In this document: in pieces, positions 10,391 to 21,500 of the stretch
How the letters are laid out: every line of letters starts with the position of its first letter
Numbering within the stretch: the stretch's first letter is position 1
From: Azolla caroliniana
Lineage: Eukaryota; Plantae; Polypodiophyta
Reading direction: 5' to 3'
Length of the DNA: 64,000 bases
Assembly (NCBI GenBank): GCA_043228905.1
Contig: JBHGNT010000010.1
Location: 11,470,001-11,534,000, forward strand
The notes under the pieces: generated by a model
Told to the model about the DNA's origin: nothing
Seen by the model: the letters and a program-made list of their open reading frames with translations, nothing else
Database searches by the model: none
Position numbers and translations under genes: made by a program

Positions 10391-12555
10391 GTTCCACCTT
10401 AGTAAGGACGCGAAACTGGTAGCCCAAAGGCGTTACTGGATGAACCCGAACTATGCACTAAAAGTCAAGGAGGAAATCGACAAATTATTGAGAGTTGGCT
10501 TTATCTGGTTGGTGAATCAGGCAACATGGCTAAGCCTGATCATGGTGGTGCCCAAGAAAAATGGGAAAATTCGGGTATCTGTGGACTACTAGAAGTTGAA
10601 AGCAGCCACAACAATGATGTGTTTTCACTTCCTTTCACGGACATAGTACTAGATGCGCTAGCCGGACATGAGGTGTACATATTCCTGGATAGTTTTGGCG
10701 GCTACAATCAAATCCGGATGCATCCGGATGATCAGGAAAAGACGACATTCGTGAAGGAATAGGGCGTCTTCATCATTGTAGTAATGATTTTTGGATTAAA
10801 GACCGCACCAATGACATTCCAGAGGATTATAATGGAAATATTTGGCGAATACATTCTGATGTTTATGCAGGTTTTCTTAGACGACTTCATCGTGTATAGC
10901 TAGAAGATGGAGCACTTGGACCATCTCCAGATGTGTCTAGAGAAATGTCGGGCCGCCAGATTAAGCTTGAATCCGGCAAAATGTGCATTCGGAGTCACCA
11001 ACAGAGCGTTGTTGGGCCACATTGTGAGTAAGGAAGGGATCGTTGTTGATCCAGACAAGGTGAAGGCGATTTTGCAAGCACCAACACCAACGAACGCGAA
11101 GGCATTAAGCCGATTTCTTAGCCAAATACGGTGGCATAGCCGGATGCTCTAGTATCTAGCAAACTTTGCCACACCATTACATGTCGTGGTGCACCGGTTA
11201 CCGTTTCGATGGACAGATCATGAGGACAAGGCATACCAAGCGCTAAAGGCTATGTTATCATAGGGCCTGGTAGTACAACCGATGTACTATGCGAGCCAGA
11301 ATCTCTCAAAGGCCAAAAGGAATTATTCAACGACGGAATGAGAAGCACTAGGAATGGTGTTTAGCGTGAACAAGTACCGACACTATTTGTTTTGCTGGAA
11401 GTTTTCCTTCCACGTCGATCATTCGGTGTTAGTATATCTTGTGTCCAAATCTTCACTAATAGGTAAACTGGCTACTGATGGACCTTGTTTTTGCAACAAT
11501 TCGAGTTTGACATATACCATAGGCCCGGAGTTCAACACAATGTAGCAGATTACCTAAGCTGGTTGGAGTCCAGTGAATCTAATGATGGGGTCCGGGATGA
11601 ATTTCCGAATGCTCAACTGTTTAAAATTACTGCAGAAGAGCCAACAGATGCGTCGGTACCGGTTGAAGACATATGGATGACGGACATGCACCAATTGCTT
11701 AGTAGTGGACTGCCGCTAGAGGAGATGAACTGATGTCGCGTTATTACGCGCGTGCATGTAGAAGGGGTCGTGACCACAGGGGGTCTCGGACGAGGGAGGA
11801 AGGGATGTCGAGAAACCGACTCCGGACACGTCCCAGTGGCAACTGAACATGAGAGAGAGAGAAAGAGAGAAAGAGAGAAAGAAAGAGAAAGGATGCGCGT
11901 GACACAGACTCTTATGCATAGGAAATAAGGGACTATGCTCCCGACACCTCCAAATACACCAATATGCACAAACAGATATGAGTATATATATTACAAGGGA
12001 AAGATACAACCCTGGCTTCGAGCCGGACCAAGGTAGGGTAGGTTACAACAACAGTCTACTGTCAATCCGTCGATCTGGGAGCTCTCGGGCTTGTCGCGCC
12101 GAGCGGGGTCTTGCACAAGAGACCGGGTGGAAGCAAACCCTAAATAGACACGAACTCTCAACCCACACGACGAGGAAGAAGAAGAAGAAGAAGAAAAACT
12201 ACCAAGATGAAACCCTAGAACGAAGCAAGAATAAGAGAAATTGCCTAACCCTAAATCTAACGGTATACCCTCCTAACACAAAATGGGCAACCCCTTCACA
12301 AGAGGCGCTCCCTTCCTTTTATAGAACAAGGAGAGGGATGCTTTACAATGTGGGATAAATACTCCCCCTTATTCTATACACCGTTTCCTACTATACATGT
12401 GCACATGTTGCACACCACCGACTTGCTCATTCCACCCCGGTTTCACACTATAGCCGGAAATCTTCACGACACCGGGATGAACGGAAGAGATTGGCAGTGC
12501 AAAGTAGAAATTTCTGCCTATTATAGGACACACTTTACCACAAAGGAGCCAATAG
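10391..12555 (+). pseudogene. Gypsy RT-RNase H fragment (same lineage as 24748-33971), interrupted by a solo LTR
   Basis: MNPNYALKVKEEIDKLL, VVPKKNGKIRV, FLDDF, LSLNPAKCAFGV match the pol at 27459-28721; many stops. Confidence 0.85.
11734..12471 (-). mobile_element. Solo LTR related to the 56997-61664 LTRs
   Basis: Both ends are reverse complements of the 56997 LTR termini (TGTCGTGAAGA / ACGCGACA); flanks CTGA/CCGG; removal restores in-frame M-N-R-D-E-R-K-R-L-A-V. Confidence 0.85.
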
Positions 12556-15500
12556 AAGAGTTGTCCGTATCAAGACAAAGAGAGAGAGAGAGAGAGAGAA
12601 AGAGAGGAAAAGAGATATAGTGTTAAGGTAGTTCAAGAGAGAATTGAAAAGAAAGTATTGTATTGCAATATAAGATGGAGTACAAAGAGTAGACAGTAGG
12701 GAGCTATAGGATGGCGTTGAACCAATTTGGTTTTTGGAGGATTGATAGATCCCTATTTATAAGTCCCGATAGAGTAATATAGATTACTCTAGAATATTCT
12801 AGGACATTCTAGAATATAGAGTAATCTAGTAGTCTAGAAGGTTCTAGCATATAGACACTCTAGGACATTCTTGAATATAAAGTAATATAGAATATTCTTC
12901 TGATATAGATTATATATTCTAAAAATCATACACATAAATGTTAGGAAATGGGCCCCTCTGGATGGGAAGAGAAGAGCCGAGTTGATGAGGAACTCGGCTG
13001 ATGCCGATAGGCCGAGGCCGAAACTGAAATTGTGTAGACAACCAACTCGGAAGACTATACTTGTAAATAGTCTAAATATGCCCTTATGGGCTACACTTGT
13101 AAATAACCCAAAAGGTGCACTAATATAAGTACTTAGGGCAATCATAATGCTATGATGATGAGTGATTGTTAAAAGGTTACTGAGAAGGTCGTTGCCTCTG
13201 TAATTGTGTAATAGTAAGTGATTGAGAGTGAGAGCGTGTGTAACACTGTAGCCGTCTGTTGACGAAGTAGAATCTCGAGGTCGTTGCCTTGGAGCTTCTA
13301 GTTGTACTCCTCCTTTTAACATAGTGTGGGTTTTTCCCATTTCGGGTTTCCACGTTAAAATCGTGCGTTTCTGTCTCTTGTCCTATTTCTATTTTCGTAC
13401 TCTATCTGAGTGCATTCTATTTTACGTTCCCTGCACTCGAACATCCGAACGAGAAGCCAGTTGTGGCCGGTCACGATTCTTGACAAAGTGGTATCAGAGC
13501 GATGGAAGACTTGTTCAGCGGCATGTTTAAGTTAACCGGCTTCAACTATTCAATGTGGAAGTTGAAGGTGAGAGACATGCTCGTGTGCAAAGATCTCTGG
13601 TTGCCAGTGTAGTTTGGAGATAAAAGGTCAAACAAGATTGATGCAACGGTTTGGGAAGTGTTGCACTTAAAAGCTACTGCATACATAAGATGTTTTAAAG
13701 ACATGAGTCTATACAACAACTTCGGCAAAGAAACAGAAGCAAATGTCCCATGGAAGAAGATCAACGTCATGTTTGAAAACAAGAACGTTATGAACAAAGT
13801 CTCAGTATTCAGAAAAATCGTGAGACTTTGGTATTAGGATGGCTCTAGCATGGTGGAACACATCAATACCTTCCAAGGACTAATGAACCAAACCACCTCC
13901 CTAGAAGTACCTCTTGCCGATGAAGTGTTTGCACTATTCTTGCTTGGATCCCTTCCGGACAAATGAGAAACACTGGTTGTCACTTTGGGCAATGCAGGAC
14001 CGGAAGTGAAACATCTATCCCTAGAGGAGGTGAAGTCGAGCTTGTTGAACAAAGAAGCTCGCCAGAAGGACCGAGAGTCCAATACCGACCAGAAGGCTCT
14101 CATCACACAAGGTGATATGGATAGAGGAAGAGCTGAAATTGAAGTCCCCAGAACTGAGATAAGTCGGGGACAAGGTTGAAGTCGAGAGGAAGGCCCACAT
14201 GATTCTATTGCGGGAAGCCGGGGCACTTTCAAAAGAATTGCCGACATTTCCGAAAGGAAAAAGGGGGAGCCGATGGTGTGCAAGAGAAAAAGATTTCAGA
14301 AAGCAGGAGCACCTCGGTGATCGCGACAAGTGAGGAGGAGTTGTTGCTCATTAGTGAGTAGAACGAAGTGAACCTTGTTGGCGATGAATTGACAAGGGTG
14401 GTTGATTCGGGTGCGTCGTTTCACCTAGCCCCTGACCGGAAACGATTCTCATCGTATAGGGCCGATGATCTCGGATCTGTAAAGATGGGAAATGAAGGAG
14501 CATGCTGAATCGTCAGCATTGGAGACGTGTGTTTGGTGACCTCAACTGGCTGCAAACTCGTGCTGAGAGATGTTCGACACGTTCCGGAGGTTCGATTGAA
14601 CTTGATATTAGCCGGTCGGTTGGATGATGAAGGCTACACGGGTAGCATTTGGAATGGTGTCATGAAGTTCTGCAAGGGGAGCCTAATCGTGGCTCGAGCA
14701 TGGAAAACCAACACACTATATAAAATGAATGCTCGATTATGCCGTGGAGAAGTGAATGTGGCAGCCGAAACAGTTGGTGAACTATGGGACAAGAGGTTGT
14801 GCCACATGAGCCAAAAGGAAATGCAGAACCTTGTCGAGGATAACCTCATTCTGGAGGTGAAGAATGTGCAACTTGAGAGATGCACGGATTGCTTGGCCGG
14901 TAAGAAAAATCGAACATCCTTCCGAACAAGGCCCCTAATGAGGAAGAAAATGCCATTGGAACTCGTGCATATGGATGTATGCTACGTGGACACAAAGTCG
15001 CATAATGGTTCACAATATTTCGTGACCTTTATAGACGACTATAGCCGGAAGTTGTGAGCTTCTGTGCTAAAGACGAAGGATCAAGTGTTATCTGTCTTCA
15101 AAGAGTTCCAAGCGAGGCCCGAGAGAGAAATTGGTTGTAAGTTGAAGGCAATCCGAGCGGACAATGGTGGAGAGTACCGCGAACCGTTGGAAGAATATTG
15201 CCGAAAAGAAGGAATCTGGCTTGAGTATACCGTGCCAAAAACGCCAGAGCTAAATGGGCTGGCCGAGAGAATGAATCGGACCATAATGGAGAGCGTCTGA
15301 AGCATGTTTACACATGTGAAATTACCGAAAACATTCTTGGTTGAGGTGCTAATGACATCAGCATATGTGATAAACCGATCACCCTCAGTACCCTTGGACG
15401 GTGATATTCCACAACGGGTGTGGAGCGACAAAGACGTGTCGTACAGACATTTGAGGGTGTTCGGTTGTCTTGCCTTTGTGCATGTGGCAAAGGACCAGAG

Positions 15501-16794
15501 GGGGAAATTAGACCGGAAATCTCGGCCATGCATATATCTCGGTTACGGCGATGATGAGTTCGGCTATCGGCAATGGGACTTAGCCGAGAAGAAGGTGATT
15601 AGGAGCTGAGACATTGTCTTCATGGAAGAGAAGAAAGTGATTGATTGGGAGAACGAGGAAAGGTCTCTAACCACCGAATTGAGCCGAGTCAATGCTTGGC
15701 TAGATCGTGTAGATGACGGTTCGATTGAAATTGAACCCGTACCAGTCGATCGATCTAATACTCGGCAAAATCGAGAAATGACTAATGATCAAGGGGAGTC
15801 AGCCGAACAAGGAACCGAAATTGACATGGCCGAAGAGGTTGAAGACGAACTAACCATACCGAACGTAGGCCGAAGATACCCCCTTAGAGAGCGAAGAGCC
15901 CCTCGAAGATTTCCGGATGAAGAATGTGTACTGCTAATTGATGAGGGGAGCCGGAAAGCTACGAAGAAGCTAAGAAAGATACCCACAACCGAGAGTGGTT
16001 ACGTGCCATGCAAGAGGAGATGGATTCCTTGCGTAAGAACCACACATACAAATTGACCGAGTTGTCGAAGGGGAAGAAGGCACTCCGAAATAAGTGGGTA
16101 TACAAGTTGAAACCGGGAGATGGCCGAAATCCACCTAGATACAAAGCACGAATTGTCGTAAAAGGGTTTCAATAGAAGAAAGGCGTGGATTTTGATGAAA
16201 TATTTGCCCTGTTAGTGAAAATAGCATCCATCCAAACTGTGTTGAACATTGTGGCAAGCATGGATCTCGAAGTTGAACAATTGGATGTCAAGACGACGTT
16301 TCTACATGGAGATCTCGAAGAGGAGATATATATGCAGCAACCGGAAGGATTCGTAATGAAAGGTAAAGCAAACATGGTATGCCGATTGAGGAAGAGTCTG
16401 TACGGGTTGAAGCAGGCTCCATGGCAATGGTACCGAAAATTCAAATCCTTCATGACCGAAAACGGGTACCACAAAATGCAAGCCGATCACTGCGTATTTT
16501 TTAAGATTGCTTAAAGTGTGCGGCACTTCATCGAGGGTTGTTTGGGGTGGACTCAAGTTTAGATCTTATTTGTATGTCTAAACATAAGTAGTGATATAGT
16601 TTTAGAAGAATAGAAAAGTGAGGGCGTGGGTGGGGGTTAGGGGAGTGTAGCTTGTTGAAATTATCAAAAGTATTTAAACCTAATCAAAGTTTTTAGAATA
16701 TATTAAAGATCATTGGGATAACTTAAGTTATTAGACAACAATAACGTACTATTAAAACACCAATATAGAGTATTATTAAAACGGGACCACACGC

Positions 16795-17345
16795 TTAGAT
16801 GAACGGGAGTTGTTTAAACACACGCTTAAGCAAACACTTAAAAGAAAGATTATTATAAAAAATAAGAATAAAAATAAAAATAGAAAAGAGAGATTGAGAT
16901 TAAAAAATGATTATGGTTAAGAAGGGATTATGATTAAGGGGGAAGGGGTTGCTAAACAAAGTACTTAAACGAATGTTTAAACAAATATTTAGATAAGAAA
17001 ACACTTGGGCAAACACTTAACGCAAGGTTAGGATTAAAAGAGAAGGGAGGGATTATGGTTAAAGAAAAGGGGTCATGGTTGAGAAGAGAATGATTATGAT
17101 TAAGAGAGGAGAATACTTAAACAAATGTTTAAACAAAAAGTTAAACCTAAAAATGATTGAACAAGTACTTAAAAAAAGGGGTTAAACAAGTACGTAATAA
17201 AAATGTTTATTAAACAAGTACTTAATAGAAAATGATTAAATAAATGCTTAAAAACTTAAGACAAAATTTTTTTTGATAAAAAAGTGATTAAACAAGTACT
17301 TAATAAAAATTTATTAAATAAGTACTTAAGAACTTAAGACAAAAA
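16795..17345. repeat. Degenerate AT-rich repeat array (TTAAACAAGTACTTAA-like units) in the PLE 3' UTR
   Basis: Many copies of AAACAAGTACTTAA / AAATGTTTAA / AAACACTTAA / ATGATTA. Confidence 0.7.
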
Positions 17346-17400
17346 ATTAGATAAGAGCAACACATAGAAGGAAAGAAAGTTTTACTATCATAAGGCAACG

Positions 17401-17446
17401 ATCGGCAAATGCATTTCGCCTCGATGGAGGCTCTTCAGTGCCCGAT
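17401..17446 (-). ncRNA. Minimal type-I hammerhead ribozyme
   Basis: Minus strand reads ATCGGGCA-CTGAAGA-GCCTC(CATC)GAGGC-GAAA-TGCA-TT-TGCCGAT: CUGAnGA and GAAA cores, 5-bp stem II, palindromic ATGCAT stem III, AUU site, 7-bp stem I with one bulge. Confidence 0.85.
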
Positions 17447-17608
17447 GTACAAATGATGAAAACTAAGCCTACTAGGTTGCTCTTTTTATAGGGAGAGGGA
17501 GGAGAGTCCTTTGTATGTGGGACATACAAAAGTGTGTACAAAGGGAAGGTAAAAGAGTGTACACAAGACTTTAGGTGGGGGTTAAGAGGGGTGAGAGTAC
17601 ATAAAACA

Positions 17609-18553
17609 TTAGGTGGGGGGAAAGGATGCGTGTACTAGGTGGTTTCTTAGTTTTTTACCATTTAGCCAACACGTGAGAGGGGGTGTAAGGGAACTGTATT
17701 GTGGTTGTCCTAGAAGGGGTTTAAGTTTGTTTCTCACGAGCGCTCCGATTTGGAGTTTTTTGATACATGGGGAGTATCGAAGCTTAAAAACAATGGGTGG
17801 AGGTTTTTTGTTGTTGGGTTGGTTAGAGAGTAGTTGGTTTCGTATGGAGTAGGGGACGGTCGAAAAACACTTGAGTAGGAACTTCGATGGGTAGCCCCTA
17901 GCTCTTAGGCGGTCGTAGAACTTTTTGCGTAGTTCCATGTAGCCATTTTCTGAGCTCTCCCGGATAGCATACCGTTTTAGTTCGCCCGTGATGAAGCCCT
18001 TTTTGTGTGCTATGGGGTGCGAGGATTTCCACGGGAGGTACATGTAGGCATTGAGAGGTTTTTGGTGGCATGTGGTGTCGAGGATGCCGAATTCTTTAAA
18101 GTATGGGCCTTTGAAGAAGATGACGTCCAGGATGGTGATCTCTTTAGGGGAGGTTGTTGATTCAATACGGATGTGTTGTTGTAGAGGCACGCCGTATTGG
18201 TGTAAGAAGGTGTGAAGTGTATCGGGGGAACCTTCCCAAACTCCTATGACATCATCGATGTAGCATTTGTAGTAGAGTAGTTGCGGTGTTTGGAAAGCTA
18301 GGTTGTCGTCCTCTAGCTGTGAAAGAAACAAGCAAGCGTAAACAACCGCAAAATTACTACCCATCGCAGTGCCTTTAATTTGTAACCAAAAAGCATTATT
18401 AAAGGAGAGAAAATTGTTTCTAAGTATTAGTTCGGCAACACTCATAATGATTTTGGTTTTGTGTGGTGGGAAATGATGTGAAATAGATTTTTTAAAAACC
18501 AATAGACCTTCCGTGGTAGGTATACTGGGATATAGTGACACTACGTCAAAAGA
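17609..18553 (-). CDS. Penelope-like reverse transcriptase, 5'-truncated at motif A, no C-terminal endonuclease
   Basis: SFDVVSLYPSIP (motif A), QIKGTAMGS (B), YIDD (C), ILDV (E), and a PLE-type thumb (KP...YLPWKSSHP..HKKGF..GEL.R, RLRARGYP); no stops; ends VHASFPPT* with no GIY-YIG. Confidence 0.88.
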   Translation of the reverse strand, partial: SFDVVSLYPSIPTTEGLLVFKKSISHHFPPHKTKIIMSVAELILRNNFLSFNNAFWLQIKGTAMGSNFAVVYACLFLSQLEDDNLAFQTPQLLYYKCYIDDVIGVWEGSPDTLHTFLHQYGVPLQQHIRIESTTSPKEITILDVIFFKGPYFKEFGILDTTCHQKPLNAYMYLPWKSSHPIAHKKGFITGELKRYAIRESSENGYMELRKKFYDRLRARGYPSKFLLKCFSTVPYSIRNQLLSNQPNNKKPPPIVFKLRYSPCIKKLQIGALVRNKLKPLLGQPQYSSLTPPLTCWLNGKKLRNHLVHASFPPT

Positions 18554-21500
18554 AGTTCGATGGAGGAGATTTCCTTATCCTTTTGTTGTACGTGGACGAC
18601 ATGCTAATTGTCGGACGGGACCATATGAAGATACGAGCACTGAAGAAGGCCTTAAACAGGTCATTCTCGATGAAGGATATGAGTCCGGCAAAGCAAATAT
18701 TGGGTATGCACATTGTTCGGGACAGAACAAAGAAATTGTTATGGCTATCACAAGAGAAATATGTGACAAAGGTGCTCCAGAGATTTGGCATGGAAGGCGC
18801 GAAACTGGTCAGCTCAACATTGCCGACGAACTGCAAGTTGAGTAAAGATCAATGTCCGAAATCGAAAACCAAAAAGGCCAAGATGTCAAACGTCCCCTAT
18901 GCCTCGGCGGTTGGAAGCCTGATGTATGCAATGGTGTGTACCAGGCCAGACATTGGATACGTTGTCAGAGTGGTCAGTTGATATATGAGAAATCCCGGGA
19001 AAGAGCATTAAGCTGCCGTGAAATGGATATTTTGGTACCTGAGCGGCACCCCGAGCATGTGTCTTCGTTTTGGCTCAGGTAACCCCACATTGGAAGGTTA
19101 CATGGATTCAGACATGTCGGCTAATGCAAATACTAGCCGATCCATGTTCGGATACGTAATGATGTATGCAGGGGGAGCTGTCTTGTGGCAATTGAGGTTG
19201 CAGAAGGCCATGGTGTTGTCGACCACGGAAGCCGAGTACATGGCCGCAACGAAAACCGGCAAGGAAATCATATGGATGAAGGAGTTTATCAGTGAGCTGG
19301 GAATTTGGCAGGAAGAATTCCGACTCTATTGTGATAATCAGAGTGCCAACCACCTTGCGAAAAATGCCACCTACCACTCGAGGACAAAGCACATCCAATG
19401 GAGGTATCATTGGCTTCGGGAGAGGGTAGAAGAAAGGGAGTTCGCTCTAGTAAAGGTCCACACGGCCGAAAATGGATTAAATATGTTGACTAAAGTGTTA
19501 CCAGCCGAAAAGCTGAGTGCGTGCCGACGGAAGATCGGATTGGTGCAGTACCCCATGCCGGAGTGAAGGGGGAGTTTGTTAGGAAACGGGTCCCTCCAGA
19601 TGGGAAGTGAAGAGTCAAGTTGATGAGGAACTCGGCCGATGCCCAAACCGAAATCATGTAGACAACCAATTCGGAAGACTATACTTGTAAAAAGTCTAAA
19701 TATGCCCTTATGGGCTACACTTGTAAATAACCCAAAAGGTGTACTTGTATAAGTACTTAGGGCAATCATAATGTTATGATGATGAGTGATTGTTAAAAGG
19801 TTACTGAGAAGGCTGTAACTGTGTAGCAGTAAGTGAGTGAGAGTCAGAGCATGTGTAACTCTGTAACCGCCTATTGACGAAGTAGAATCTCGAGGTCGTT
19901 GCCTTGGATCTTCTAGTTGTACTCCTCCTTTTAACATAGTGATTCTGTTTCTCGAGGTCGTTGCCTTGGATCTTCTAGTTGTACTCCTCCTTTCTCGGGG
20001 TTTTTGGACCCCCGTGGTTTTTTCCCATTTTGGGTTTCCACGTTAAAATCGCGTGTTTCTCTCTTTTGTTTATTTCTATTTTTGTACTCTGTCTGAGTGC
20101 ATTCTATTTTACGTTCCCTGCACTCGAACATCCGAATGAGAAGCCGGTTGTGGCCAGTCACGATTATCGACAATAAACATGTTATTAGAATGGTTAAGGA
20201 TTTGATATGTGTATAACAAGGTTGTGGGTTCAAATCTTTTCGAGGCATGATGTGAGTGTCATCATGAGACTATCCCCCTTCTTCGACGACACGTCTCACG
20301 GGTCGTAGGGCTTGTAGTAGGACCTGGTTTATGAGGATAGTCACGATGAAATGTGGTGTGACCATGTCTGCGGCATTGGAAAGATTTGTTGCAGGTTCCC
20401 AAGTTCGATCGTTGGGGGTATAGCCTACCCAATCAACCAAGTAATACAACTTGTTGCGCACGATTTTAGAATCGAGAATGGCAACAACCTCAAATTCAAG
20501 TCCTTCCAAGAACTCAACAGGTGGTGGGGGGGTTATAAGATGACCCGGAATGGAACTTGTGGCATAAGGTTCCAAAAGGGATACATGAAACACCAGATGA
20601 AGACGCATGTGCGGAGGGAGGCCAAGACGAAATGCAACATCACTTATCTTACTGGTGATCATGTATGGGCCAAAACATTGGTAATCCAATTTACCGCAAG
20701 GCCGAGTACTCTTGATGTTGTGTTGGAGAAGCCATACACGATCCCCAACACGGAATTTTTTTGAGGAATCTAGGTGATGACGATCCACAAGCCTCTTGTG
20801 TGTAACTTGAGCATCATGCAAATTGTGAAGAATGGTAGCGTGAATTTCTTGGAGGCGACTAAGACGATCCTCAACAATAGGGCTGGTAGGCACTTCTGGA
20901 TGCGCTTTCATTGTCCACCGAGGATGACGGCCCGTATTTGCAAAAAATGGGGAATATCCCATAGAAGAATGGACTAAGTTGTTGTAAGCGAATTCAGCCA
21001 AGTGCAAAAAATCAACCCAATCATCTTGTTGGTAGTTGATGAAACAACGAATATATTGCCATATATTGCTCCAATTTTTGGTTGGTATGTTCCGTTTGGC
21101 CATTAGTCTCAGGATGATAGCCCAAAGAAAGCTTAGCCGAAATTTGGAGAAGTTTGAGTGTGTGCTTCCAAAACTTTGAGATAAATTGTGAACCCTGATC
21201 ACTAATAATATCATTTGGAAGACCATGGTGCTTAAATACCTCCCGCATAACTAGATCGACCGCTTCTTGACTAGTAATAGACTTCGTACATGGCAAGAAA
21301 TGTGCCATTTTGGTAAGTCGATCAACCACTATGAGAATTGCATCATAACCTTTTGAAACTGGGAGATCAGTAATGAAATCCAAGGATATTGACTTCCAAG
21401 GATTTTCCAGAATAGGAAGTGGTTGTAGTAAGCAATAGGATCGACAACATGTATCACAACTGCGAACATACTCCTCAACAAAATGACGAAGGCAAGGCCA

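Larger units (their letters stand above)
16507..18549 (-). mobile_element. 5'-truncated Penelope-like retroelement (PLE) inserted antisense in the Copia RT
   Basis: Copia frame HCVFFK|KFDGGDFLILLLYVDD is split here with AAGA at both junctions (16503-16506 and 18550-18553); contains a PLE RT ORF, a hammerhead and an about 1.1-kb 3' UTR. Confidence 0.88.
12939..20172 (+). mobile_element. Full-length decayed Copia element (C1)
   Basis: LTRs 12939-13485 and 19577-20172, TSD ATAAA (12934-12938 and 20173-20177), PBS TGGTATCAGAGC 13489-13500 (tRNA-iMet), PPT 19565-19574, gag-PR-INT-RT-RH order with stops. Confidence 0.95.

Noticed and set aside
10101-10592. 163-aa ORF that looks like an RH-then-RT domain permutation
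   Set aside because: Chance in-frame fusion of two different Gypsy remnants at about 10390
12834-13340. Similar minus-strand ORFs at 12834-13340 and 19407-19937 (also the ORF pair at 24750 and 33325)
   Set aside because: They recur only because they lie in paired LTRs; no protein features
16510-16545. Possible second hammerhead at the PLE 3' end (minus strand CTCGATGAAGTGCCGCAC)
   Set aside because: No canonical CUGAnGA and no downstream GAAA or closing stems
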